A program made the position numbers and the translations under genes. A model generated the notes under the pieces. The model saw nothing but the letters and a program-made list of their open reading frames with translations. It was not told the origin of the DNA and did no database searches. From Gekko japonicus (Eukaryota), in the NCBI RefSeq assembly GCF_001447785.1, contig NW_015169177.1:1098032-1162031 (forward strand): DNA of 64,000 nucleotides, given 5' to 3'. Below, piece by piece: positions 1 to 12,440 of this stretch (within the stretch, counting starts at the first letter, position 1; every line of letters starts with the position of its first letter).

Positions 1-585
1 TCAAGGACATTCCCCTCAAGGGGCTCCGTATGAAAACCCTGTTCTTAGTAGCGATGACTTCCGCTTGTAGAGTCTCAGAGTTGGGAGCCCTTTCAGCTAA
101 CCCATGCCTTTGTGTGTTCCACAAGGACAAAGTTGTCTTGGTTCCTGACCCTACCTTTCGATCTAAGGTCAATTTCCAAGTTCCACTGATCTCAGGAGAT
201 ATGTCTTCCCTCGTTCTGTCCAAATCCTTCCCATTCTCAGGATACCAGCAACTTTCAAAAATCAGAGTCCTTGTTCATTTCAGTATCTCCACCCAATAAG
301 GGGTGCAAGATGTCTTGATCTTCCATCAGTTCTGTACTCAAACTATGCATTGCTGAAGCCTACCGAGCAAAAAAGCTGGTTCCTCTGGCTGGTATGACCG
401 CTCACTCGATTTGTAGTGCGGCCACCAGCATGGCCTTCTCAAACAGAGCTTTGGTGGAGGAAATCTGCAAGGCTGCCACATGGTCCTCGGTTTCGACCTT
501 CACTAAACACTACAGGATCAACATCTTTGATTCAGCAGATGCTGCTTTCGGCTGGAGAGGTTTGCAACAGGTCATGACAGAGTAG
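1..585 (+). pseudogene. Frameshifted/deleted DIRS tyrosine recombinase
   Basis: R-box (RVSEL), degenerate H-S-x-R box (HSIC) and W..TF..HY motif, split over several frames. Confidence 0.85.
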
Positions 586-946
586 ATGATGACCCACCCG
601 AAGATTACGGACACTGCTCTAGGAGGTCCCAGCAAGATGTCCTCCTCTCAGAGGGACAATGGGCCATTGGTACGGGCTATTTCTTTCAGTGCTAACCTCA
701 ACTTTCCTGTTCTCTTTATAGTTTTTCAAGTTTGTATTATTATGTTGATTGGATTTTCCAGTTATTTAGCTAGTTACTGCTTCTCGGACTTCCTAACTGA
801 ATTCAGGGGCATGTCCCACCAAGAGGACAGGAAATGAAAGTTTGGTTCCTGCCTCCTTAAGGATAGTGTGGGAAATACCCAGCAAGATGTCCTCCTTCAT
901 CTCAGAGGAGAAGGACCCTTCATGGTAAGTACCAATGGCCCGTTCT
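1..946 (+). mobile_element. DIRS-type retrotransposon 3' part: decayed tyrosine recombinase plus ICR and right terminal repeat
   Basis: ORFs 30-299 (KTLFLVAMTSACRVSELGALS) and 394-585 (AHSI..AATS..EICKAATWSS..TFTKHYR) carry YR catalytic-region motifs. CCCAGCAAGATGTCCTCC is directly repeated at 628-645 and 878-895. GGGCCATTGGTAC (661-673) is the reverse complement of 929-941. Confidence 0.9.
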
Positions 947-1160
947 ATGTTGGGTATAATTTGAAATTCTGATGCTGGGATTTTGGGTGAAATGTTGAAT
1001 ATCCAGACTCCTCCCCCCTACATGTTTCCTCGTCTGTCTTTCTCTCTTCTGTCTGGCACAGTTTTCTTGCACCTCTGGGAATGCAGCATGGTGACTGTTT
1101 ATTATACCACTGCAGACAGATTCAGGGGCAATCATGTCACACTTGGGCATCTCCTATAAG

Positions 1161-1340
1161 TAGGGTTGCCAGCCTCCAGGTGGCACCTGGAGATTTCCCG
1201 TCTTACACTTGATCTCCCGATGACCAATATCATTTCTCCAGAAAAATGGCTGCTTTGGAGGGTGCGCGCTGTGGTATACCTGCTGTTCCCCCCTCCCCCC
1301 CAACCTCCAGGTATTTGCCAAGTCAGAGCTGATAACTCTG
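1161..1340. mobile_element. Non-autonomous DNA transposon (TAGGGTTGCC-terminal MITE family)
   Basis: Begins TAGGGTTGCCAG with a degenerate right end; internal motifs resemble the copy at 43020-43238. Confidence 0.6.
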
Positions 1341-2026
1341 CTTAGAAGAGAACAAAACTGTACTGTTAGACTGTGTGTTTTTTTTTTAAATCAGATGCCT
1401 GTTAGTTCTATAGAAGATCATCTTGAATCCATCATCTAAAACATTGTAGACTATCACTTGGAACAAATTAGCTGCCTCCATGTTAGCTGTAATTATTTTC
1501 CAGCTACATTGGTTGGAGACATATGTGTTCTTTTGAGTGATAGTCATGATCATATTAGTGTTGGCAGCTGTTGGAATAATCCCGGTGTCTAAGTACCTTT
1601 CATTTTGGAGAATTTCCCCTCTTTTCTGACTGCCTTTTTGATAGTATTGGAATATGCAAACCTTTTTGGACAGAAACTGTTTCTACTGTTGTCCTTTGGG
1701 AGAAATTAAACATGTGCACACACACACTTGCTCTTCCTCTGTAGCTTTACAATGCAGGGTGACTTTCTAAATCTCTGCTCTCAAATGATCTTTCCTAGTG
1801 GAAAGTTCTTTTCCTATAACATAGACGTCTTCGTGAACTTAGCAGCATTTTTGAACTTTTCAGAATGGGTATAATTTATAGGAAATCACATGACATCACA
1901 AAATAATACTGTTTGGCTAAGTATGTGAGACTGGTAAATCCTGTGTGTGTTTGTTAAATATGCACTCTATTGAAAAGTTAAATCACTATCTTGCTGTAGT
2001 CTTCCCAGGTATAGCACCCTGTGAAT

Positions 2027-3022
2027 TGTATTTATAATGTATAAAGTGTGAAATAAATCTATTCTGATCAATTTCAAAAAGTTGCTTGTATTTGTATTTT
2101 ATCTGAGATTCTCTTGTTAGAATACCATATATGTATATTAGAACCAAATATAAATCCAACTGGATATGTTTTTACCAAAACCATCAGTTACAGTATTCAG
2201 GCAAATAAAGATACATAGAATGACAAATCATATCAAAATATACCCCGTAGGCAGGGGTCATTTCCTGCGGGAGCGGACAGGAGCGGAGCTCCGGCAGTAA
2301 GGAGCCCAGGGGGCGGGCACATGCAACAAGCCCCGCCCCCTGCTCCCAGCAGCCCTCAGTCAGAGCAAGAAGCAACCAGGAAAGTTGCAGAGCCCACGGC
2401 CCACCTTCAGGTACAAGCTCTCCCTCTTCTGTGAGGACAGATGGACAGCTCTGCACGTTCCCCCCCCCCCCCCATAGCTAGCAATCCAAAACAGTTCAGT
2501 GGCACCTTTAAGACCAAGTTTTATTTAAGTACAAGCTCTCCCTCCTCTGCGAGGACAGCTCTGCACGTTCCCCCCCCCCCAAAAACAGCTAGCAATCCAG
2601 AACAGTCCAGTGGAGCCTGAGCGGTGGGTGTTGCCTTCTGACACACTTCCGGTGATGTCAGGGGGTGTGGCATATGCAAATAAGTTATGCTAATAAGTTA
2701 TGCTAATGAGCTCCTGCACCTCTTTTTCTACGAAATGACCCCTGCCCGTAGGGTTGCATATTTCAAGCCTTCAAAGCTGTTCTACTACCCTACAGGTTAT
2801 CTTTTGACGTGATTTGTTGTTCTATGTATCTTTATTTGCTTGAATATTCTATGTAACTGATGGTTTTTGTAAAACACATGCAATTGGATTAATGTTTTGT
2901 TCTAATATATATGGTATATATGGTATTCTAAAGGAGAGAATCTCAGATAAAATACAAAAACAAGTAACTTTTTGAAATTGATCAGAATAGGTTTATTTCA
3001 CACTCTATACATTATAAATACA
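2027..3022. repeat. Long foldback (inverted-repeat) element, arms ~2027-2251 and ~2789-3022
   Basis: The arms align as reverse complements along their length, e.g. ATTCTGATCAATTTCAAAAAGTT vs AACTTTTTGAAATTGATCAGAAT. Confidence 0.9.
2252..2744. mobile_element. hAT-type non-autonomous element with GC-rich cargo
   Basis: Perfect 13-bp TIR CAGGGGTCATTTC/GAAATGACCCCTG and perfect 8-bp TSD CCCGTAGG (2244-2251, 2745-2752). Confidence 0.92.
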
Positions 3023-4313
3023 CCTGCTATTGCTTTGATATTTAGACTATCACACTGTGGTCCTTCTGTCTTATTTGTAGTGTTCACAGGGTCTATGCTT
3101 ATGTGAGCCGAATTTGGCTAATTGGATTTCACAGTTGGGAAACTTCAAAAAATTGTATAAAACTGACTGTGAAGCTTTTTAATCTGCACCAGTTTTTCAA
3201 CTGATTCTGGACGTTTTGTACTGCCAGAAAATGTTCAGGGTAACACTTTCACCTCAAGCAAATGATCTGGAATAGATCCTTTAATATCAATAAGCTGCAT
3301 TTTCACAATTGATACTAAACACTGCCTCTGATGTTTTCTCTACTTTGAACTTGTCTGAACACAGTGTTGACCATGTGAATCAAATATTTTTAATTAAAGA
3401 AATGTCTCTGTTCTGTAATTGGCTGGTGAGATTCTGTGACATTCTCTTTCCAACCATTTCCTTTACAAAATAAGCTTATAAAAGCTGTTAGCCTACAACA
3501 AATTTTACTAGCCTGCCTACTAATAGATACATGTGTATGTGTATGAATTTAAAAACGGCTTTAAAAGAGACAACAGATTAAGAATTCAAACAAAAAACTA
3601 GAGGGATAATTAAAAAAATAGGTTCATGTCAATGTTCTACAGGGCTTTGCGGTTGAACAGTCCTTCTTTCTCCATCCTCTGTTAATTTACTGGAAATCAG
3701 ACCAGAATTCTTGGGGATGAGTTCTGTGGGGGGGGGGGGGGGGGGTACATGTGAAGTTGCAAATGCTCAGAAACCACTAAGTGCCTTCTTTTTTGTTTTA
3801 TGCTGTAGTAACTATAGTTGGATCTTGTGTTTCTCTGACTCCATGCAAAACTAGTTTCCAAGTTTTCTTTTTAATCAACAGCTTCTGCAGTTCCTTCCCC
3901 CTTTTCCTTGTGACTCATCTCGGGGCAAGGGAAGGTAAATTCCAGATAAAACAGCTTCTAAAGGCAACACACACAGAGAAACACACACAGCATAGACAAT
4001 ATTGACTGTGTATTCCCTTAATTTGCTGAGGCTGGAAAAAGTAGCATAGTTTTTGCAAGGGAAAGCAGGAGTTCAGTCAGCAGTGAAACAAGTATGTCCA
4101 ATCCATTTTAAATTTTTAAAGGGTCTACATTCATGCTGGGAGATGTGTTGAATCATGGTATGATTGCGTGGGAGGCAGTACTGTTTGCCTCAGTATGAGC
4201 AATTTTCAAACCCAAGTTTCCTCTCCAGGACCTGAAGCCTCTCCCATGTTGCAAAACAACCCCTAGATTCAAATAGATTTAAGAATGGAAAAAGACACTT
4301 GTACATCCAGTAC

Positions 4314-4545
4314 AGAGCCAGTATGGTATAGTGGTTAAGAGTTTCAGACAAGCATCCGGGAGGCCCGGGTTTGAATCCCCACTTATGCCATGGAAGCTCT
4401 CCAGTCACACTGTCTCAGCCTAACCTACCTCACAGGGTTGTTGTGAGGATAAAATAGAGGAAAGGGGAACAATGTAAACTGCTTTGGGACCCAATTGTGG
4501 AGAAACGTGAGGTAAAAATGAATGAATTAAATAAATAATAATTAA
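4314..4545 (+). mobile_element. tRNA-derived SINE (Squam3/Ther1-MIR-like)
   Basis: A-box TGGTATAGTGG, B-box GGTTTGAATCC, core CTCAGCCTAACCTACCTCACAGGGTTGTTGTG, L2-like AT-rich tail. Confidence 0.8.
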
Positions 4546-4860
4546 ATACATGTATATAATGTTGGCTGTGTGCTGTGATGGTACAAATGCAGTAGATGCA
4601 AGAGAGGTTTTGCTTTCCAGTCTGAAATATTTGAGAAGAAGCCTCGGTTCTGAGCCATAATTGTACTGTAATCAGGGGACATGGTTTTGAATAAATGAAA
4701 CCACTTGTACTTGGGTAGAGAGAATGTGAAAACAAAGCAGGAAAAGCTCATACATGAAGTTTTTGCTGCTTCTCCCTTTAAGATACACTGAAATAGCTAC
4801 TGGGACAGATTGGGCTCATGTATGCATTAACTGGATAAATTCCAAATAATGTCTCTCCTG

Positions 4861-5080
4861 TATTTATTGCATTTGTTATCTTGACCTTCCTTCAAGGAGC
4901 TCAGGCCAATGTTTGTAGCTTCCCCTTCTCATTTTTTCCACAGAGCAGACCTAGGAGGTTGGTTAGGCTGACAAAGAGCATCTGGCCTAGATAAACCTAG
5001 GGAGCTGCATGGCTGAATAGGATTTGAGCCTAGGTCTTCCCGATTGTAACCTAAGGCTCTATCCACTATTCCACACTGGC
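4861..5080 (-). mobile_element. Degenerate Squam3/MIR-like SINE
   Basis: Reverse-complement similarity to the other SINE copies (GGTTAGGCTGA...CCACTATTCCACACTGGC). Confidence 0.6.
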
Positions 5081-5689
5081 TGTTGATATGTCCTATATGC
5101 AGTGTGTGTGTGCTGGGCTATCTCTGCTGTAGATGTTGCTGAAATTCAGCAATATCAAAATTTGAAGTGGATTTGCAGGTTTCTGGTAAGATGGTAAGCC
5201 ATCTAAGGAATCTGAAAGGATGCTGAATGCTTTGATTAAAATATAAAATTTCTATGTTGGGTCTTATGCATACCTTGATGTAGATGGTTTTGTGAATGTA
5301 ACCAAAGTCTGGGAACTAGCAAAGATGCAATAATGAAAGCAAAATGAGGTAGAAACTAGAAATGTTGATGCGTCTTTCAAAGTTAACAGTAAACTATATT
5401 TTTCAAAATCAACAATTACAAATTATAGGTATATCTATAAACCATTTTTCTTTCTTCATTTCAGGCTGTAATACTAAATGTAGTAACTTGAAAGAAAATT
5501 CTATTAAGATCAAAAGGAACTAATTCCAAGTAAAAATACTGAAGACTGGGCCATGAAGCTACAGTCCATTGTGCACTTGCTTGGATGTAAGAAATGCATG
5601 GGAAACCAACTGGATTTGATTCAAAGCAAATGTGTTCTAGTGTTAGGGTATACAAATGCCAGCAAATTGTCCTACTCCAAAGGCTGTTT

Positions 5690-5968
5690 TCAAAGGCTGG
5701 TGGGAGGAATCCCCCTCCCCCCCGAACAATGTCAGATGACATGCCAGTGTCACCCGGAAGTGATATAAGCATGTCGGTGACAGTGGGGGGAGGGTGACAC
5801 TGGTTTTTGGGCAAAACTCTATGGTTTGAGGGTAATTTTACTATAGAGTTTTGCCCCAAAACCAGAATGTTGCCCCGATGTGCCTACGTCACTTCTGGGT
5901 GATGCGTGATGTCACTGGCGACAGGAGCATCCCCCCTGTAGCATCTCAAACAGACCTGGCAACCCTAT
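5690..5968. mobile_element. MITE of the TAGGGTTGCC/GGCAACCCTA family
   Basis: Right end CCTGGCAACCCTA; internal palindrome AAAACTCTAT...ATAGAGTTTT. Confidence 0.6.
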
Positions 5969-7844
5969 TTGGTTACTGGGTTTGCTTCTCATCTAGTAGG
6001 GCAATCCTTCCTCTGCCCTTGGCCCCATTTTTCATGGCTGTTCTTGATTATGTGCAGCTATGGTATCCTACCCTCCGTGCTTTGGCACTGCACTTGCCCT
6101 CCTTCCTTTCTTCTTCAAGGGATCACATGTTGGACATGATAACATCAAATTGTTACAGGCAAATCCAACCTAGTTATGAGTTGATGTTGCTAAGGTTAAA
6201 TCAAGCAATTTAGGCAAAGTCTCTCCTAGCAAATTGAACACTTTTGGAGCAATACCTGAAAGATTATCAAGGGGAGAAAATTGTTGTTGACAATGAAGAT
6301 TTTCACAAAATAGGATTCCCAGTTTGGGTTGTGGGTGGTGGTGGTGGCGGCATATGGATGGAAGGCAACTTCCCATTATTCATTTATAACTTGCTGTTGG
6401 TGGTTCAGAACACTTCAAAGGAGACCTCAATCTGAAGAAAGAAAAATGGTTCATAGCTGCTTTATGATAGCTCATTTTCTTGAGCAGAGTATGTCAGAGA
6501 TCATTTTTCTTAAGCGCACAAACTCATAAATGGCAAAATGGGCTAGGTTCAATGTCTTAAACTTGCCTCTAGGCAGAAAATCAAATACATAGAATTTCAG
6601 GCCATATGGATGCAATTTGTCAAAGTTATGAGTAACTGAAAGAGTCTGATAATGAAATGTTGTTATTGGCTCTAACTATAGCTTATACTTCAATGCATGC
6701 TGTGACAAATGGTATATATTCCATGTGAAAGTGTCATGGATTTAATTACATAAAAATGACAGCATTGCTGTTTCACAGGATAAAACGTTAAAATCTTGTA
6801 CATTAGTTGTGGCAAAGGACTTACAGAGACCTGCATGAGAACTGGCATAGCAATACTGATTCGGACTGAACTACACACCAGAGTCTCTGCTTCACATTTT
6901 GCTTGTGTTATGAACTCTAGATATATGGGCCACATGTGAATGCAAAGGAGCCAAAACCAACCTGGATACCTGTAATGTGTGTGGTGGGAAACATTTTATG
7001 ATAAACATATGTTTAAACTGACTGTGAAGGTGTGAAGTTAAGATCCAGTGAGTTAGCTGGGTTCATCTGTTGCAGGAAAAACAAAGAGCCCTATAACAAT
7101 TAAAAAGATGAATGCATTTTTTTCTTTATCTTTATAGATCTACAAATCTCTTTGATTTAAGAAGACATACAAATGGGAGACTGGCTAAAATCATGATGGT
7201 GCTTGGCAATTAAAGCACAAGTTGTAGCCATAAAAAGTTAAAATCCAATTTCTACTTATGATATTACAGTATAGGATTAACTATTGCAATAATTGTTTGC
7301 TAACTTATTGACCTTTCCCAGCTACATATAAAACCCTTTCTTTAATAACTTCCTTTGAGTTGAATTTTATACTTTGGAAATATAATATAGCAGTTTTCCT
7401 CTTTTTTCATTTTTGTCACAGGCTGTTATGAGTAAACGTGTGAAAAAATAAAGTGGTAGTTTGAAAAAGTGGAAGTTCAGTTTCCTGTAAACAAATGTTA
7501 AAAATGTTAAAATCCTTGAGTAGTTTAATATTTAATAATGTCCTTGAAACTTGCACATGATTTAGAAGAAAAAAATACCCCCAAATCCTAAACTTAAACT
7601 TGCCTCTTTAATGTTCAAACAATGAATATATTTTAGATTGTTAATACAGGTAAAACTCTTTGACAGACAAGTCATAGATGCTGCTAAAGGTACTAATGTG
7701 CTAACCAGGGAATGTGTTTTGGACAGCACTGTACTCCACATCAGTTTTGCAGATCAGGGACAGAAATAAACATGTTGCTCCATATAATTATTCAGGTCTT
7801 ATCTGTGGGATGTAAGTGCCCTTGATCTGTTAAATTATGGACAG

Positions 7845-8050
7845 TTAGGTTGGTATTATGGTACCAGACTTGGATTTAGAAGACCCAGGTTCAGATCCTC
7901 ATGAAGCATGCTAAGTACCCTTGATCCAGTCACTCTGTTTTAGCCTAATCTTCCTTATGGGGTTGTTGAGAGGGTAGAATGTATGCCTTCACGAACTCCT
8001 TTGAAGAAGGAAGAAGTGGTGCAGATCTCTCTTATAAATAAAATAAATGA
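7845..8050 (+). mobile_element. Degenerate Squam3/MIR-like SINE
   Basis: GGTTCAGATCC B-box-like motif, CCAGTCACT..TTAGCCTAATCT core, AATAA tail. Confidence 0.55.
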
Positions 8051-8467
8051 ATAATGGACGTTATGAGAGCCTGCTGTTGAAAACTGTTCTTGAAATATCA
8101 GTTGTTCAGCCAAGCTTTGCAGAAGTGTGGGAGCCTGCCTGTGAACCATCTTCTGATGTTGGTCAGGTAAGCCTCCCTTCCCCTGACGGTTGACTATTAG
8201 CAGACTATCATCATTGGGAGGACAAAGGCCAGATCTACCTGCCATTAGTAACAGTGGCCCCATCTGTAGAGATGCCAGGTCTTACCCATAGGAAATAATG
8301 GCGCCATTATCTCCTATGTGCAGATCATTGCCCAATGGGGTAAGGCTGTCCCTGTAGCAAGCTACAGCCCATTATTCTCTCACATAAACATATATATATC
8401 CCCAGCATGGACCCCATGAGCAGTTGGAATGCTTTCTTACTTGAAGGCATATTTTCCAAATGCTATA

Positions 8468-9570
8468 TTTTTTATTGGATATTGAGTATATCCAATCTAC
8501 ACACATACAAATCATTACTCATCATGTTAATATACACATTTTCCGCTTTTTAACACCAGTAATAACTAAACCCCCCCCAAAAAAAAGAAAAGAAAGAAAA
8601 CCTCCTGAGGTTACTATTTCATCAACCTAGTCCTTTTTAATCTCATTTAATCCCTCCTCTTTTCTTATGCCCCATCTTACCTGTTTATTTGGTCCCCATA
8701 CAACTTTCCCCAAAACTTATAATTAACCTTGATACATTCCATAATCTTCAGTTCATTCCTACATCAGTTACTACTACTATCCGTCTTCTTCTGTTCCTGA
8801 AAAGAAAAGTTGAAAGGATTTGCCTCCAATTATGGGCGCTGTAGAGAAGAACTCTACAGCGGGAGGAAAGACCTCCCTCCCTCCCTAAATTCAGAGGTCT
8901 TGGGGGGGGCACACTCTTCACCTCCTTGCTATACCCTAATCTAACACTTAATACACTAATCTAACATTTAACACTTGTTTAATATTCTGCTTAATCATAT
9001 TTGGAATCCAAGTCTACTTTTATACTAATAAACCCAACTTTCAGTTATTTTTTCATAGTCACGCTATAACCTGAATATCAATACCAGACCACATTATTCC
9101 CTTCAAACCCCTCCTTCCTTCAGTTTGATAACAGCCTCCACTAATTTCTTCTCCGTTGTCTCATTTTGTGCTGTAAATGTTTTGTTATTTAAATTGACCA
9201 GCAGTTCCTTGAACTCCACGATGACGTCTTGCGAAACGCCTTCAGGAGCTCTTTTATATTGACTTGTCTGTGTTTTTAAATGATGTATTTTATTCTATCT
9301 CTGTAAAATGTATACTGCTTATCAGTTTCTGGAAGCCGTCCTGAGCCTGCCTGGCGGGGAGGGCGGGGTAAAAATGAAATAAATAAATAAATAATGTTTT
9401 GATATGTTGATTCGGAAGGCCGAGGTCATTATCTCTTCTGAAGTCTCTGTTTTTCCCGCCGATTGAAGAGTCTGCAGAAGCCATTTGTTTAATTCCTCTT
9501 TAAGATTTCCTGTTGCGCAGAAGTTTGAGGAAACTCAATTATCGTTCATGTTAATTAGAGGAACTAGACA
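8468..9570 (-). mobile_element. Probable L1-clade derived remnant (antisense), interrupted by an L2-type tail at ~9320-9395
   Basis: TTTTTATT (antisense AATAAA + polyA) at 8468, with composition resembling squamate L1 3'UTR/ORF1 antisense; no clear protein motif. Confidence 0.4.
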
Positions 9571-9825
9571 CCCCTCCCAAGTATGGGACAATCTATGATG
9601 GAGATGAAATGAACAATGGTTAAAGGTTATTGAGCAGTAAGTAGCTTTATGTCTAAGTGATCTTAAATACTCTCCCACACTTTGTGTGTATTCATACGTG
9701 GCTGTCTTTCCGTTGTTCCCTGAGGTGCAACAGAAAGATATTGAGAAGCATTATACAGAGTTGCTTTTACTGTTCTAGAGTGACACTGCAGCTGAATGCT
9801 GAAGGTGAACTTGAATTCAGTTCTC

Positions 9826-10045
9826 TGAGGGACTGCCTTTCCCCACATGTTCCCCAGAGAGCACTGCAGTCAGGATCCCTAAACCGTCTGACCCTTCTGG
9901 GCCCCAAAGATGTCAGGCTGGCATCAACTAGGGCCAAGGCCTTCTCCACGCTGGTGGAACGAGGTCCCAGAAGACCTCAGGGCTCTGTGGGACCTTTTAC
10001 AGCTCCGCAGGGCCTGCAGGATGGAGCTTTTCCACCAGGCCGCAC
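9826..10045 (+). mobile_element. L2 LINE 3' fragment
   Basis: LRDCLSPHVPQRALQS...GPKDVRLASTRAKAFS, homologous to the other L2 copies in the window. Confidence 0.8.
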
Positions 10046-10107
10046 CCAATGTGCCAAGGCCCTGTGCCTAATAGTGACCCAATATCAAGATCTTTATAAT
10101 TATTAGA

Positions 10108-10885
10108 TTCTTGGGAGTACCTATGGAAACATGCATCGAAAATATCAACATGTAATAATTTCAAAGAAAATGGTTATAAGATGAAAAAAATTGCTAACAT
10201 GAATACTAATATGTCAAATAAGTGTTGGAAATGTAAAAAAGGGGAGGGCTCTTCTTACCATATGTGGTGGACTTGTGAGAAAGCAAAAAGCTATTGGACT
10301 CATGGAAAAGATTGTAAAATCTACATTTAAAAAAGAACTAGAACTTTTACTTTTGGGACTGAATTTGGAGAAAATTAATGTGCATAAAAGAACCTTGATG
10401 TGGTATATGGTGACAACAGCTAGAATTACATATGCGCAGTGTTGGAAACAAGAAGAAGTCCCGAAGATTGAAGACTGGATAAAGAAATTATTGTTTGCAG
10501 TTGAAATGGACAAAATGACAAGGAAATTATATAATAGGGAAGCAGAAGGATTCTATAATGACTGGAGAGATTTAAAAGAATATTTAGAAAAATATTGGGA
10601 AATAAAGGACAATTTGTTTTGCTTCAATACTTATTAAGAATAGAAATGAAATAAAAGTTACCTAGTGATTTTAAGAATGAAATATATAAAAATAGAAGAA
10701 AATATTGAGCAGGAGGTCGGAACACTGTGGGAAGCCATGTATAAGGGAGGGGGAAAGGGAGGGGGTAGGATGTAAGAGGGATTAAGCGAAAAAAATTAAG
10801 GTTGATTATGGTGAGAATAATATGGAAAATGTAAGGTTGAATATGAATGTTTATGTCCTGAATAAAAATTTTCCAAAAAAAAAAG
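10108..10885 (+). mobile_element. L1-clade LINE 3' end (ORF2 C-terminus and 3'UTR)
   Basis: CWKC...HMWWTC zinc-knuckle, then LLLLG..TARITYAQCWK..W (ORF 10275-10637), then AATAAA and polyA at ~10861-10884. Confidence 0.85.
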
Positions 10886-11039
10886 ATCTTTATAATTATT
10901 ATGACTATTATGGCTGTCATCAAGCCTTGGATCCATACACCCTGCTTGGTTCAGATTCAGCAGAACCTTTACACCATCCTCTGGGCAAGCATCATCCCTC
11001 CCCCTCCTTAGGGAANNNNNNNNNNNNNNNNNNNNNNNA

Positions 11040-11475
11040 GGGAAAGATCCTGATCTACTGCTGGAAGCAGACTTGGGCTTTCAGCATTATCACAATCCTC
11101 AGATTGAGTATGACCAGCCTTAGTATGCTGAGTAAGGTATTGGCTGATTATGTGGGATTGTGCAGGTACCATAATGATGAAAACATGGTTGCACTTATTT
11201 GTAACCTGTTTATCAAGTGCTCCACTGTGAGCTCTTTTTTCTACAATTTTTTCTACAACTTTGTCCACCAGAAGCTTTGAGGAACTGAGGGAAGGGCACT
11301 TCTCCTCCTCTTTTTCATGGTGGAAAAAGGCAGGAAAGCAGGGTGAGGGAAAGGAAAGGAATGTCTGCTGTTTCTTCAGAATTTTTAAAATGTCTGTGCA
11401 TGCACAGAACCTCATATCTGACTGCACAAGTTACCAGTAAATGAACAACAGTTACAGGTAAGTGCAACTATATTT
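11040..11475 (+). mobile_element. Degenerate DIRS 3' terminus (ICR and terminal repeat)
   Basis: 11182-11205 AACATGGTTGCACTTATTTGTAAC is the approximate reverse complement of 11451-11474 GTTACAGGTAAGTGCAACTATATT; same GGTAAGT-containing end architecture as the element at 1-946. Confidence 0.65.
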
Positions 11476-11744
11476 ACAACTACCATCATATGGGAGTCTG
11501 TAAAATTTGTTGATGTTAGAAAGGGGTCCTCTTACTCAAAAAGTTTGTGAAGTTCTGATTTATAACTTGGCTAACACACAAAATTGTTTTGTTTTGGTAT
11601 ATTTTTGAAATGGCAATAGCTTTTTTTCAAACAAAAGTTACAAATATCACTATACTAGAGATGGAACAGTAGTTATTGTCTAAGTTACTTAAGCATATCT
11701 AGTTGGGATGAAGGAAGAAAAAAGAATTAAAAGAATTACCCTTG

Positions 11745-12440
11745 AATCTGGTCTGAAAATTCCTGCTAGTGCAAAATGTGGTAGCACGCCTGCTGACTGT
11801 GATGTCTGTGCAGACACGCATTCAGCCAGTGTGACACCAGTTGCACTGGCTACCAATTGAGTACTGGATCCACTTCAGAGTGTTGGTATTGACCTTTAAA
11901 GCCATATGTGGCCTGGGACCAACATGTTTAAGGGACCATCTCTCCCCATATGTGCTCCGGAGAGCCTTGTGCTCAGTGGACCAACATCTACTGGTTTTCC
12001 CGCCCCAAAGGACATTCACTTAGCCTCATCCAGTGCCAGGGCTTTTTCTGCCCTGGCCCCAGCTTGGTGAAACACTCCCATTTGAGATGAGGGCCCTGTG
12101 AGACCTATTACAGTTTTGCAGGGCCTGAAAAACAGAGCTGTTCCGCCAGACCTTTGGTTGAGGTGGCAGGTGCCCAATTATTTGGCCTCCCTTGCTGAAA
12201 TCTCCCAACTGTATCTGTCCCATGTTAATGAGACTTATCACCGCTGCTTGGTTTGTGGCCTAGTTGCTGCAAGTCATTTAGTATTGTTGGAACCTTATGA
12301 ATTCTATTATCTGTATTACCTGCCGTTTTAATTGTTTTAACTAATCTATTTGTTATAACTTGTTTTTAATCTCTATTATTGTTACCCGCCCTGAGCCTGC
12401 TTGTGGGGAGGGTGGAATATAAAGCGAAGTAAATAAATAA
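11745..12440 (+). mobile_element. L2 LINE 3' fragment
   Basis: LHWLPIEYWIHFRVLVLTFKAICGLGPTCLRDHL motif; tail TTACCCGCCCTGAGCC...AAATAAATAA. Confidence 0.9.
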
